From assembly GCA_964370805.1 (NCBI GenBank), contig CAYJKM010000006.1, forward strand, positions 1 through 42,250: a stretch of 42,250 bases of DNA, in the 5' to 3' direction. The position numbers were made by a program, and so were the translations under genes. The notes under the pieces are model-generated. The model did no database searches and was not told where the DNA came from. It worked only from the letters and a program-made list of their open reading frames with translations. This DNA is from an uncultured Alphaproteobacteria bacterium. Its GTDB lineage: Bacteria > Electryoneota > RPQS01. The first letter of the stretch is position 1. Each line of letters opens with the position of its first letter. Below, piece by piece: positions 1-8,464 of this stretch.

Positions 1-130
1 AATCAAATGTCAAAACAAAAATAGGACTGGGTGCATCTAATTGATAGAGACCCTGCCAATTGCGCAAATCTAAAGATTCCATACCCACAGCCGATAAATA
101 GTACAGAACCGGCAAATGGGGTAACTTACA

Positions 131-568
131 ATGGACTACGAGAACTTTACCTGTCCGAACATGGCATGCTCTGATTTCGGCAAGCGAAATCAAGGCAACA
201 TTACACTTTACACTCGCTACGGCCGCAAGCAAGTGCGTTTGCTTATTTGCACAACTTGTGGAAAGACCTTCAGCGAGTTAAAAGGAACCCCATTTTGGGA
301 CAGCCGACTCGACTGGGACACGATCGAGAAGATCTACAAAACCCTGCTCGACGGACAGGGAATTCGTGCCACCGCCCGTATTCACGGTCTTTCCAAGAAC
401 ACTGTGAAGCGCTACTTACGCTTAGCGAAGAAGGACCTCACCACGGTGGAGAAATTCCTTCAGGATCGCGGCGTCATCGGCGGGAATACCGCCGCCCTGC
501 ATGATCTCTTGGACCGTCATGTGCGGATGACGGCAAACATTGGTACTCGCCGCCCAATCCTCCAATAA
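131..568 (+). CDS. IS1-family InsA-like zinc-finger + helix-turn-helix protein, no DDE domain
   Basis: CPNxxC...CxxCGKTFSE Zn-ribbon, KGTPF, then GIRATARIHGLSKNTVKRYL HTH as in IS1/IS1595-type transposase N-termini. No room for InsB before the tRNA. Confidence 0.65.
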   Translation: MDYENFTCPNMACSDFGKRNQGNITLYTRYGRKQVRLLICTTCGKTFSELKGTPFWDSRLDWDTIEKIYKTLLDGQGIRATARIHGLSKNTVKRYLRLAKKDLTTVEKFLQDRGVIGGNTAALHDLLDRHVRMTANIGTRRPILQ

Positions 569-642
569 TCTGACTCTGTTGACATGGCCGGGGAACAGTC
601 CGACAAAGTCGAGATCTCGACCGTCGGTCGGACCGGTCACCT

Positions 643-674
643 GAACCGTCCGTACTCCTGTTGCGGACGGTTTT
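643..674 (+). terminator. Intrinsic terminator candidate after the InsA-like ORF
   Basis: GAACCGTCCGTA / TGCGGACGGTTT stem ending in a T-run. Confidence 0.5.
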
Positions 675-678
675 ACGT

Positions 679-707
679 TTGCTTTTCAGTCCAAATTTCC
701 CTATTTT
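679..707 (+). promoter_or_regulatory. sigma70-type promoter candidate for tRNA-Pro
   Basis: TTGCTT-17 nt-TATTTT. Confidence 0.4.
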
Positions 708-772
708 CAGTACTTTCGGTCGTTTGTTCCATCTGACTCGAATTTTGAACTTCGAGCTTTGGACTTTTCTTT

Positions 773-848
<76 letters not shown>

Positions 849-897
849 ATTCCCTTTTCTCCGCAGTGCTGGGTAGGGTCAGGGATGGGTAAGAGGC

Positions 898-926
898 TTG
901 CATTTTCCACCCAACCTGCTTATATT
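898..926 (+). promoter_or_regulatory. sigma70-type promoter candidate for rpmE
   Basis: TTGCAT-17 nt-TATATT, with GAGG RBS before ATG 954. Confidence 0.5.
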
Positions 927-953
927 TAAGGTTCATATCAAGTCGAGGCCATC

Positions 954-1166
954 ATGAAAGAGAAGTTTCACCCCGGATACCACCTGATTACCGTCCACTG
1001 CGCGTGCGGCAACGAGTTTAAGACCCGTTCCACGCAAGCCGGTGACATGCTCAAGGTCGATATCTGTTCCGCTTGCCACCCGTTCTTCACCGGCCAGCAA
1101 AAGCTTGTGGATACCGCCGGGCGCGTGGACAAGTTCCTCAAGAAGTATAAGAAGGCCACGGCCTGA
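954..1166 (+). CDS. rpmE: 50S ribosomal protein L31 (Zn-binding type)
   Basis: MKxxxHPx[24 protein letters not shown]. Confidence 0.97.
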   Translation: MKEKFHPGYHLITVHCACGNEFKTRSTQAGDMLKVDICSACHPFFTGQQKLVDTAGRVDKFLKKYKKATA

Positions 1167-1195
1167 CAGCCGGTGCCGGAACCATTTGTGTCATC

Positions 1196-1230
1196 GGGCG
1201 GTATTGCAGACGCAATACCGCCCATTCTTT
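1196..1230 (+). terminator. Hairpin/terminator after rpmE
   Basis: Perfect 12-bp stem GGGCGGTATTGC/GCAATACCGCCC followed by ATTCTTT. Confidence 0.6.
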
Positions 1231-1245
1231 GAACAACCCTTTGTG

Positions 1246-2247
1246 ATGAAAATAGCTTCTGCCGGCAACGGTCAGCCCGACCGCAAAGATCTCTCGACCG
1301 AACTCGCCATGGGCGGCCAAGCCGTCATCGAAGGCGTGATGATGCGCAGCCCCAATCGAATCGCGGTCGCCGTCCGCAAACCGGACGGGGAGATCGCCGT
1401 GAAATCATATCCATATAGCCCCGTTACACGGCGGGTTAAGTGGCTAAAGTTTCCCGTGATTCGAGGTGCCGTCGGGATGATCGAAGCTGTCAAGATTGGC
1501 ATTGACGCTCTGAATTGGTCGGCTGAGACGGCCATGCCGGAGGAGGCTGCCAAGCGCGAAAAACGCACCGGTGGCCGTGCCTGGCTGGGCATGGCTTTGT
1601 CAATGGGCTTGGCGCTAATCGTCGGTCTCGGACTCTTCATGTACCTTCCCTACTGGATCGGCAAGCTGACGGTTGGAGGCGACCAGAGCCAGTTGGTCTT
1701 TCACCTCGTCGCCGGTGCGGTCAGGATCCTGATTCTGCTCGGCTATCTCTGGGTGATTTCCCGCTTGAAAGACATCCATCGCGTCTTCCAGTACCACGGC
1801 TCCGAACACAAGACGATCTTCGCCTTCGAATCGTCGCTCGAACTGACGCCGGATCGTGTCATGACTCAGACGCGCTTTCACCCCCGCTGCGGCACCAGCT
1901 TTCTACTGATCGTGGCGCTCTCCGCGATCCTCTTTTTCGTAATCGTGGACTCGATCATTGTCGCCTTTTTCGGCGCATATCCAAGCGTACTGGTGCGGTT
2001 TTTGGTCCACCTGCCACTGATTCCCGTAGTTGCCGGACTGTCCTACGAGTTGCTTAAGGCGTCATCCAAGCGTGTGAACAACAAACTCGTCTGGGCGTTG
2101 ATTCAGCCCGGCCTCTGGCTGCAAAAGATCACCACGCAGGAACCGGACGCCTCTATGTGCGAAGTCGCCATCGTGGCTCTGAAAACCGCTTTGGGCGAGG
2201 AACAAGCGGACAGCCCGACAGTCCAACAAGCCGAGATTCAGGCCTGA
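1246..2247 (+). CDS. DUF1385 (YqhQ-like) membrane protein
   Basis: GGQAVIEGVMMR, FQYHGSEHK, HPRCGTSF, QxITTxEP motifs. Start moved to ATG 1246 because the longer ORF overlaps rpmE. Confidence 0.9.
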   Translation: MKIASAGNGQPDRKDLSTELAMGGQAVIEGVMMRSPNRIAVAVRKPDGEIAVKSYPYSPVTRRVKWLKFPVIRGAVGMIEAVKIGIDALNWSAETAMPEEAAKREKRTGGRAWLGMALSMGLALIVGLGLFMYLPYWIGKLTVGGDQSQLVFHLVAGAVRILILLGYLWVISRLKDIHRVFQYHGSEHKTIFAFESSLELTPDRVMTQTRFHPRCGTSFLLIVALSAILFFVIVDSIIVAFFGAYPSVLVRFLVHLPLIPVVAGLSYELLKASSKRVNNKLVWALIQPGLWLQKITTQEPDASMCEVAIVALKTALGEEQADSPTVQQAEIQA

Positions 2248-2333
2248 GGTCTAAGACTCTTCGCGTCTTCGCCTCCACGCGTCTGTTCTGGCCCCTAACT
2301 TGCACCAATAACCCTTGAAATACTCCGGGTCGC

Positions 2334-2362
2334 TTGCCTTTTTCCGAAACCTGTTGTATTTT
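2334..2362 (+). promoter_or_regulatory. sigma70-type promoter candidate
   Basis: TTGCCT-17 nt-TATTTT upstream of ATG 2414. Confidence 0.4.
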
Positions 2363-2413
2363 ATGGTGGATTTTCGCTTTTTCGCATTTTCGCTTTCTAA
2401 TTTGGGGACTATC

Positions 2414-2923
2414 ATGCGCACGGTACTGATTTCCCTCTTCCTTTTCGTCTTCTCGGGACTCGCGCTGGCGGGCGGCTGTGGTAACTGTGCCGGCTGCGAT
2501 TGCGGGAGTAGTTGCCTGTGGCCCTACGATTCGCGCTGTGACACCGACCAGCCCGATTGGGGATACTACTATCAGAATCCCCATTACGTGCCGGATTGCG
2601 CGCCCAAGGCCCTGCACCAGTTTCACGACGTGTTCATTCCGATGTACGAAGCGCGGCACACCCGCGAATCTGCCTATCTGCGTGAGTACGCATGCGAACT
2701 GTACTATGCCGCAAAAGATATCCCCGGCTCTTGGGATGACTGCTGTGATCGTTCGTGCTGTAGTTCCGATCAGCGCAAGCATTTCAATCGCGCCGCTAAG
2801 GATCTCGTCAGGAGCTGCAAGCGATTGAAAGAAGTCGTATGGGGTGGGGCCAATGCCGAAGTGTACGATCAAATGCGCCAGATCGAGCGCGACTACCTCC
2901 GCGTGGCCAATCTCTCCGAATAG
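2414..2923 (+). CDS. Secreted Cys-rich hypothetical protein
   Basis: Signal peptide MRTVLISLFLFVFSGLALA, GGGGA RBS, 13 Cys, followed by a terminator. Confidence 0.75.
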   Translation: MRTVLISLFLFVFSGLALAGGCGNCAGCDCGSSCLWPYDSRCDTDQPDWGYYYQNPHYVPDCAPKALHQFHDVFIPMYEARHTRESAYLREYACELYYAAKDIPGSWDDCCDRSCCSSDQRKHFNRAAKDLVRSCKRLKEVVWGGANAEVYDQMRQIERDYLRVANLSE

Positions 2924-2959
2924 GGACATGGCTTGCCATGTCCGTTAGTCTTGATGTCA

Positions 2960-2988
2960 GGCAGCAGGCTTCCGCCTGCTGCTTTTTT
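2960..2988 (+). terminator. Rho-independent terminator
   Basis: GCAGCAGGC-TTCC-GCCTGCTGC followed by TTTTTT. Confidence 0.85.
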
Positions 2989-3144
2989 GTTGTCTGCCCT
3001 TGCCGCCGCGATGGTTGGCATATCATGATTTACCAAACAGTTACTCGAGAGGCCGTCTGATCCGCTGGAACACTTTTCGCCTACGCTCATTACAAGTAGT
3101 AGAGCGTCACCTTTTGCAGAGTCTGAATCTGCCGGGAGAGAACT

Positions 3145-3561
3145 ATGGCCGCAAGTATTGTCGCAAAATGGTCCGCATGGACTCCATACTTCCAAAGCCT
3201 GCTTCGCATCGTGGCCGCGTTCGCATTCACCCTGCACGGTACGATGAAACTCTTTGAATATCCGCCGCGACCCTCCGGAGGTGGCGGCAGCGTTGAATTC
3301 CTCAGTCAAATTTGGTTTGCCGGAGTTCTGGAAGCGTTTGGCGGCGGCTTGCTGCTGGTTGGCTTGTTCACGCGACCGGTTGCATTTCTCCTTGCCGGCG
3401 AAATGGCGGTGGCCTATTTTCAGGCCCACGCTCCCCGCGGTTTCTGGCCTGTCTTGAATGGCGGCGAACTCTCGTTGCTCTTCTGCTTCATCTGGCTCTA
3501 TTTCTCCGCTGCCGGTGCGGGGCCCTGGAGCGTTGACGCCATCCGCCGGACTCATCGCTGA
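3145..3561 (+). CDS. DoxX family membrane protein
   Basis: LLRI...HGxMKLF, ExFGGxLLLVGLFTRPVAFLLAGEMAVAYF, GAGPWSVD. Confidence 0.92.
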   Translation: MAASIVAKWSAWTPYFQSLLRIVAAFAFTLHGTMKLFEYPPRPSGGGGSVEFLSQIWFAGVLEAFGGGLLLVGLFTRPVAFLLAGEMAVAYFQAHAPRGFWPVLNGGELSLLFCFIWLYFSAAGAGPWSVDAIRRTHR

Positions 3562-3605
3562 GCATTCGATCCCGAAATAACAGCCACAGACAAAGGAGAG
3601 CTGAT

Positions 3606-3965
3606 ATGCCTTACGTGGACGGCTTCCTGTTGCCGATTCCGAAGAAGAACCTCGCGGCCTACAAACGCATGGCGAGCAAGGCGGGCAAGATCTGGAAGGA
3701 ACATGGCGCACTCGAGTTCCGCGAGTGTGCCGGTGATGATCTCAAGACGAAAATGGGCTTGCCGTTTCCGAAGCTGGTTAAATGCAAGCCGACCGAGACC
3801 GTGATGTTCTCGTGGATTGTCTACAAGTCGCGCGCGCATCGCAACGAGGTCAACAAAAAGGTGATGAAAGACCCGCGCATGGCCAAGATGATGGACGGCC
3901 AACCCATGCCCTTCGATGTCAAACGCATGGCCTACGGCGGCTTCAAAACGCTGGTTGATCTCTGA
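3606..3965 (+). CDS. DUF1428 (YbaA-like) protein
   Basis: YVDGFLLPIP, EHGALEFREC, FSWIVY, MPFDxKRMxYGGF; AAGGAG RBS. Confidence 0.92.
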   Translation: MPYVDGFLLPIPKKNLAAYKRMASKAGKIWKEHGALEFRECAGDDLKTKMGLPFPKLVKCKPTETVMFSWIVYKSRAHRNEVNKKVMKDPRMAKMMDGQPMPFDVKRMAYGGFKTLVDL

Positions 3966-3982
3966 GTCCACTCCGTCATAAG

Positions 3983-4022
3983 AAACAACTGCCCCCCAGT
4001 CACTGATCGGGGGGCTTTCTGT
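3983..4022 (+). repeat. Terminator-like hairpin, copy 1 of a degenerate direct repeat
   Basis: AAACAACTGCCCCCCAGTCACTGATCGGGGGGCTTTCTGT; related copy at 6193-6229. Confidence 0.6.
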
Positions 4023-4109
4023 TTCCCCTTAAACTTTATCCAAAAAGGTACTCGCGCCGGAAGGAGCGCCGGCGTTTTGACTGCGCAGGCCATTTGGACG
4101 AGCCTAAAT

Positions 4110-4138
4110 TTGACTTGGTCAACCCTTTTTGGTAGATT
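4110..4138 (+). promoter_or_regulatory. sigma70 promoter with palindrome over the -35
   Basis: TTGACT-17 nt-TAGATT; TTGAC-N3-GTCAA inverted repeat at 4110-4122. Confidence 0.55.
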
Positions 4139-4290
4139 ATGCGAAATACCCTCGGCCGAGGATTCATCCTTGCCGGAACTTTTTGACGAGCGAGTCTTCC
4201 GCTGAAGAAGTGGCTGGAATCGCTCGTTTTCTTGTTGTCTCACACACAACCTGAACTTATTAAGGCGACCGACGCATTGGAGGTGCAGTC

Positions 4291-5217
4291 ATGAATCGCT
4301 ACATCCTACTTCTTATCGCTGGGCTGTTCGCTGGCAGAATTGTTTGCGGCGCAGAGGTGTCGATCCAGTCAAACAGCACTGAATCACCATTCACGGCTGA
4401 GTATTCAGTATTTGCGAACACGATGGCAGACATGACGTGGCCGGAAATCGAGCGAGCGGTGAAAAACAACGCCGTCGTCTTACTGCCACTCGGTGTCATT
4501 GAGGAGCACGGCCCGCACATTGCCTGCGGCGCAGACGTGTATCAAGCCTATCACCAATGCCGGCTGATCAAAAGTGAACTTGAGCAGAACGGCACTCCCG
4601 CCGTCATCGTTCCCCCTTTCTATTGGGGCGTAAACTACAGCACGCGAAATTTCCCCGGTTCATTCGATATCAAGCCCGAAACGATGAAAGCGGTGCTGAA
4701 TGACATTTTACAGAACCTGCAATGCTGGGGGTTCCAAGAAGTATATGCCATCAACTGTCACGGTGAGTGGGGACATAATCAGGCGATTCTCGACTGTGTC
4801 AAAGAAGCATGGCCGAACTTCGGCATTCGCGCCCGCTGGGTGATCTCAGATCGAATGTTGCGGCGCTACAATCTTCAAGGTGACGAAGCATATCTATTAC
4901 TCGTTAACGAGGAGCCGCCCCCAGGCGGTCCTCAGATCGATGTTCCTGATTTCCACGCCGGTGCTCAGGAAACCGGAGACATGATTGCATTCTTCCCGGA
5001 TCTCGTCAACGTCGAGCTGGCTAAAACGCTTGCTGCACCGGAGGCGAAGCCAGAGGAGTACCAACACTGGGGACAGGATGCGCAAGTCGTCACGCCGCTG
5101 GGATACGCGGGGAACCCGTCCGCCTACGACGCAGAGTGGTCAAAACGGGCATTCAATGACTATTACGCACGCGTCGTCCGGGCGATCAAGGCAGCTCACG
5201 AGCAAGATCGGAAATGA
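4291..5217 (+). CDS. Creatininase / amidohydrolase family protein with predicted signal peptide
   Basis: MTWPEI, LPLGVIEEHGPH...D, NCHG, HAGxxET motifs; GGAGG RBS. Confidence 0.88.
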   Translation: MNRYILLLIAGLFAGRIVCGAEVSIQSNSTESPFTAEYSVFANTMADMTWPEIERAVKNNAVVLLPLGVIEEHGPHIACGADVYQAYHQCRLIKSELEQNGTPAVIVPPFYWGVNYSTRNFPGSFDIKPETMKAVLNDILQNLQCWGFQEVYAINCHGEWGHNQAILDCVKEAWPNFGIRARWVISDRMLRRYNLQGDEAYLLLVNEEPPPGGPQIDVPDFHAGAQETGDMIAFFPDLVNVELAKTLAAPEAKPEEYQHWGQDAQVVTPLGYAGNPSAYDAEWSKRAFNDYYARVVRAIKAAHEQDRK

Positions 5218-5282
5218 CGACATCTGTCTGGCCGGTCGTTTTCGCCAGCACACAGTACATCGTCACAAGTAGGATTTCAGAC

Positions 5283-5561
5283 ATGGACATCACCACGCTG
5301 TTCATCATTCTTACCGCTTGCTGCATCGCTTGGTACATTGTGGCATGCATTCTGATCATGAACTATCTTCTCAAAAAAGGCACGAAAATCAACTGGCTCC
5401 TTGTCAGACTGCTGATCCTTTCCTATGTGAACAGGTACAAGCAGCTTACGAACGAGGAAAGCGGAAAGACCGGCCGCTTGTTCTATCATTTTGTGATCTC
5501 AGTCAATGGAGCGCTGGTCTTTGCGATCCTCACAATCCTCTTCGCCAAAGGCATTCTATGA
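5283..5561 (+). CDS. Small membrane protein, hypothetical
   Basis: Hydrophobic segments at both ends; AGGA upstream of ATG 5283. Confidence 0.65.
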   Translation: MDITTLFIILTACCIAWYIVACILIMNYLLKKGTKINWLLVRLLILSYVNRYKQLTNEESGKTGRLFYHFVISVNGALVFAILTILFAKGIL

Positions 5562-5613
5562 TCGGCGATGGAAACTAACGCGGAGAACTTAATTCTCCAG
5601 AAGGAGGAATATC

Positions 5614-6126
5614 GTGAGAGCAGGCAGAACTATTGGTCTGGCAGTAGCGATCTACATGGCGGCTCTGCCACTGTGCGTCATGGCAAATACCGCCACTGTC
5701 GAAAAGGTTCTTCAAGGGGACCGTCTGCAAATCAAAGGCTGGGAAGTTGTCCGCCTCACCGGCATCATCGTTCCCAAGCTGGATGAGCCTTGTGGTCAGG
5801 AAGCGTGCCAGTTCACCAAACAAGAGCTGGAAGGCAAGCTTGTCGTGATGGCCACATACACTACCGATAACACTGCTGCGGGGATTGTTCGCGATGAAGA
5901 AGGACTTTGTCTGGTCCACATTGAATATGGTGGGGACTCTCTGAATGTCAGGGAGAAGACCGAAAACGCGTCTCGACGGGTGGATTTCAATGCGCTGATG
6001 ATTGAGCGGGGACTGGCACGCGTGGACGCAGATTATCTGCCCGATTGGCTGCAGCATTACAAAGAGATCGAGGAGACTGCCCGGGAGCAAGGAGTTGGCA
6101 TTTGGGCAAACCAGCCATGCCAATAG
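5614..6126 (+). CDS. Thermonuclease (SNase)-fold exported protein with degenerate active site
   Basis: VEKVLQGD, VRLTGI, GQEACQFT, NALMIERGLARV, EETAREQGVGIW; AAGGAGG RBS, GTG start. Confidence 0.8.
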   Translation: MRAGRTIGLAVAIYMAALPLCVMANTATVEKVLQGDRLQIKGWEVVRLTGIIVPKLDEPCGQEACQFTKQELEGKLVVMATYTTDNTAAGIVRDEEGLCLVHIEYGGDSLNVREKTENASRRVDFNALMIERGLARVDADYLPDWLQHYKEIEETAREQGVGIWANQPCQ

Positions 6127-6192
6127 CATTGCTCGGCGGCAGATAGCCATGCCTCCCTAATCTTATTTCCGACCTGGATTCCTCTGCTTTAC

Positions 6193-6229
6193 AAACAATT
6201 TTCCCCAGTCACCGACTGGGGCCTTCTGT
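6193..6229 (+). repeat. Copy 2 of the degenerate hairpin repeat
   Basis: AAACAATTTTCCCCAGTCACCGACTGGGGCCTTCTGT. Confidence 0.6.
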
Positions 6230-6243
6230 CGCGACGTCCCGTC

Positions 6244-6272
6244 TTGACAAACTCCCTGTTCTTGCGTATTTT
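6244..6272 (+). promoter_or_regulatory. sigma70 promoter for queC
   Basis: TTGACA-17 nt-TATTTT. Confidence 0.6.
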
Positions 6273-6348
6273 GCAGGTTGAGCCGCCTTCTGCCGTTGAG
6301 TGGTCGGTCTCCAACAAGAGACACAAATCAAGTCTGAAGTCTTCTTTA

Positions 6349-7029
6349 ATGCTCCTCAAAGCGGTCGTCCTACTCAGCGGCGGAATTGACTCCAGTACGA
6401 CCTTGGCCGTCGCCAGGGATCGCGGCTTCGATCGCTATGCTTTGACGATTGATTATGGTCAGCGGCATCGCATTGAACTTGACGCGGCGCGCCGAGTCGC
6501 GCAGGCTGTCGGAGTACGCGAACACAAGCTCATCTCGCTCGACCTAAGAGCCTTTGGCGGATCGGCGTTGACATCAGACGTGGACGTACCCAAAACGACA
6601 GGAACGGGAATTCCCGTAACGTACGTTCCCGCTCGCAATACGATTATGCTCGCGCTTGCCTTGGGCTGGGCCGAAGTGCTCGCCGCACAGCACATCTTCA
6701 TCGGTGCAAATGCGGTTGACTACTCAGGCTATCCGGATTGCCGGCCGGAGTTCATTCGCGCCTTCGAAATGCTCGCGAATGTGGCGACAAAAGCGGGCGT
6801 GGAAGGCAAGCACTTTCACATTGAAGCGCCGCTGATGAATATGGGCAAAGCTGAGATAATTCTACTGGGTAACCGTCTCGGCCTCGACTTCGCGCTCACC
6901 CTTAGCTGCTACGATCCGTCCCCGCAGGGCCACGCCTGCGGCGTTTGCGACAGTTGTCGGATTCGCCGTGAGGGATTCAAGACTGCAGGGATTTCCGATC
7001 CGACGAATTATCTTGCGGCATCCCGATAA
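6349..7029 (+). CDS. queC: 7-cyano-7-deazaguanine synthase
   Basis: [30 protein letters not shown]...CGxCDSC. Confidence 0.96.
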   Translation: MLLKAVVLLSGGIDSSTTLAVARDRGFDRYALTIDYGQRHRIELDAARRVAQAVGVREHKLISLDLRAFGGSALTSDVDVPKTTGTGIPVTYVPARNTIMLALALGWAEVLAAQHIFIGANAVDYSGYPDCRPEFIRAFEMLANVATKAGVEGKHFHIEAPLMNMGKAEIILLGNRLGLDFALTLSCYDPSPQGHACGVCDSCRIRREGFKTAGISDPTNYLAASR

Positions 7030-7040
7030 AACTGCACAAA

Positions 7041-7056
7041 TGTTCCACGTGAAACG
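7041..7056. promoter_or_regulatory. parS-like centromere site
   Basis: TGTTCCACGTGAAACG, 15/16 match to TGTTNCACGTGAAACA, intergenic. Confidence 0.7.
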
Positions 7057-7062
7057 CCTCGC

Positions 7063-7091
7063 TTGTAGCCTTCCTTAATTTTCCGTATCAT
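7063..7091 (+). promoter_or_regulatory. sigma70-type promoter candidate for ychF
   Basis: TTGTAG-17 nt-TATCAT. Confidence 0.4.
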
Positions 7092-7135
7092 CTTTTTTCA
7101 GCGTCTCAGCTTTTCAGCTTTTCAGCATTTTCTAC

Positions 7136-8215
7136 ATGAACATTGGCATCATCGGTCCGCCACTGTCCGGCAAGACCACCACGTTTCATTTGTTGACGGG
7201 CACCGAGCCTGACCCCGCCGCCGCGCACAAGCGGGAAGTGCAGCAGGCCGTCACCCACGTACCCGATACGCGCGTCGACAAGCTCGCCGAGATCTCTGAA
7301 TCGAAAAAAGTCGTCTACACGACCGTCGAATACGTAGATACGCCCGGCATCGAACAGGGCGCGGCCAAGACCGACTGGTTCGGTGTAGCGCTCGCCGGCG
7401 GCGTGAAAAACAGCGACGGCCTGCTGCTCGTGGTGCGCGCCTTTGGCGAAGCGGAAATGGACAACGGCATCAGTCCTGAGCGCGACATCCTGGCCGTGCA
7501 GGAGGAGTTGACCTTCGCCGATCTGGTGGTGCTTGAAAACAAGCTCGAACGGATGCAGAAGCAGCGCCGCGTCAAAGCGGCGACGCATGAAGAAACGGCC
7601 GAGATGGAGCTGCTCACGCGCGGCAAGGAGTTTCTGGAAGCGGGCAAGCCGCTCCGGCTGATGCCAATGGATGCGCACGAGCGAAAAGCGCTCCGCGGCT
7701 ATCAATTTCTCTCTGCCAAGCCGCTGCTCGCCGTCGTCAATGCCGCCGATGACAAACTCGCTCAAATCACGGCGTCGCTTGATGATCTCAATGGCAAGCT
7801 GGCAGAATCACGAATCCACGCTATCGCCCTTTCCGCGTCGCTGGAAGGTGAGATCGCACGGCTGGACGGGGAAGAGCAGGCCGCGTTTATGGCCGATCTC
7901 GGAGTGACCGAATTGGCTCGCGACCGTGTCTTGCGCGCCAGCTACGATCTGCTCGGCCTGCAGACGTTTCTCACGACCGGCGAGAAGGAATCGCGCGCCT
8001 GGCCGATTCACAAAGGCGAAACGGCCGTGGATGCCGCAGGCGTGATTCACACCGATCTGGCCAAAGGCTTCATCCGCGCCGAAGTCGTGCCCTATGACGA
8101 TTTCGTCCGCGAGGGCGGGTATCCCGGCTGCAAGCACAAAGGCCTGCTGCGCCTCGAAGGCAAGGACTATGTCGTGAAGGACGGTGATGTCTTGGTGATC
8201 CGACACAGCGGTTAG
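7136..8215 (+). CDS. ychF: Obg-family ribosome-binding ATPase YchF
   Basis: GxxxSGKTT, VPDxRVDKL, DTPG, TFLTTGEKESRAW, AGVIHTDLAKGFIRAEV, RLEGKDYVVKDGD. Confidence 0.95.
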   Translation: MNIGIIGPPLSGKTTTFHLLTGTEPDPAAAHKREVQQAVTHVPDTRVDKLAEISESKKVVYTTVEYVDTPGIEQGAAKTDWFGVALAGGVKNSDGLLLVVRAFGEAEMDNGISPERDILAVQEELTFADLVVLENKLERMQKQRRVKAATHEETAEMELLTRGKEFLEAGKPLRLMPMDAHERKALRGYQFLSAKPLLAVVNAADDKLAQITASLDDLNGKLAESRIHAIALSASLEGEIARLDGEEQAAFMADLGVTELARDRVLRASYDLLGLQTFLTTGEKESRAWPIHKGETAVDAAGVIHTDLAKGFIRAEVVPYDDFVREGGYPGCKHKGLLRLEGKDYVVKDGDVLVIRHSG

Positions 8216-8244
8216 GCCAAAGCCCCAAGCTCAAGATTTGCGAT

Positions 8245-8281
8245 CAAACCCTGAAGCGCCGCTTCAGGGTTTGCCGTTTTT
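8245..8281 (+). terminator. Rho-independent terminator after ychF
   Basis: 13-bp stem CAAACCCTGAAGC/GCTTCAGGGTTTG then CCGTTTTT. Confidence 0.75.
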
Positions 8282-8383
8282 AGGCGGCAGAAAATGGCGG
8301 TGCGCAACGAATTTCGCACCCGATTTCCGCCGCTTTCGCGTTTGTATCCCGGCAATTGCAGTTTTCACGAGTGGTGATTTGCA

Positions 8384-8399
8384 TGGCATTCGATTTGCA
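8384..8399 (+). promoter_or_regulatory. sigma54 (-24/-12) promoter of the pilB operon
   Basis: TGGCAT-TCGAT-TTGCA. Confidence 0.8.
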
Positions 8400-8464
8400 A
8401 TCTTCGCGTGCAATTGATTGCAAGCATTACGCGGTGCGAAACCTCAAGCACAAATTAACTTGGC

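Noticed and set aside
6273-6348. preQ1 riboswitch upstream of queC
   Set aside because: A small GCAG/CTGC hairpin exists, but the conserved loop and A-rich 3' tail of preQ1-I are absent.
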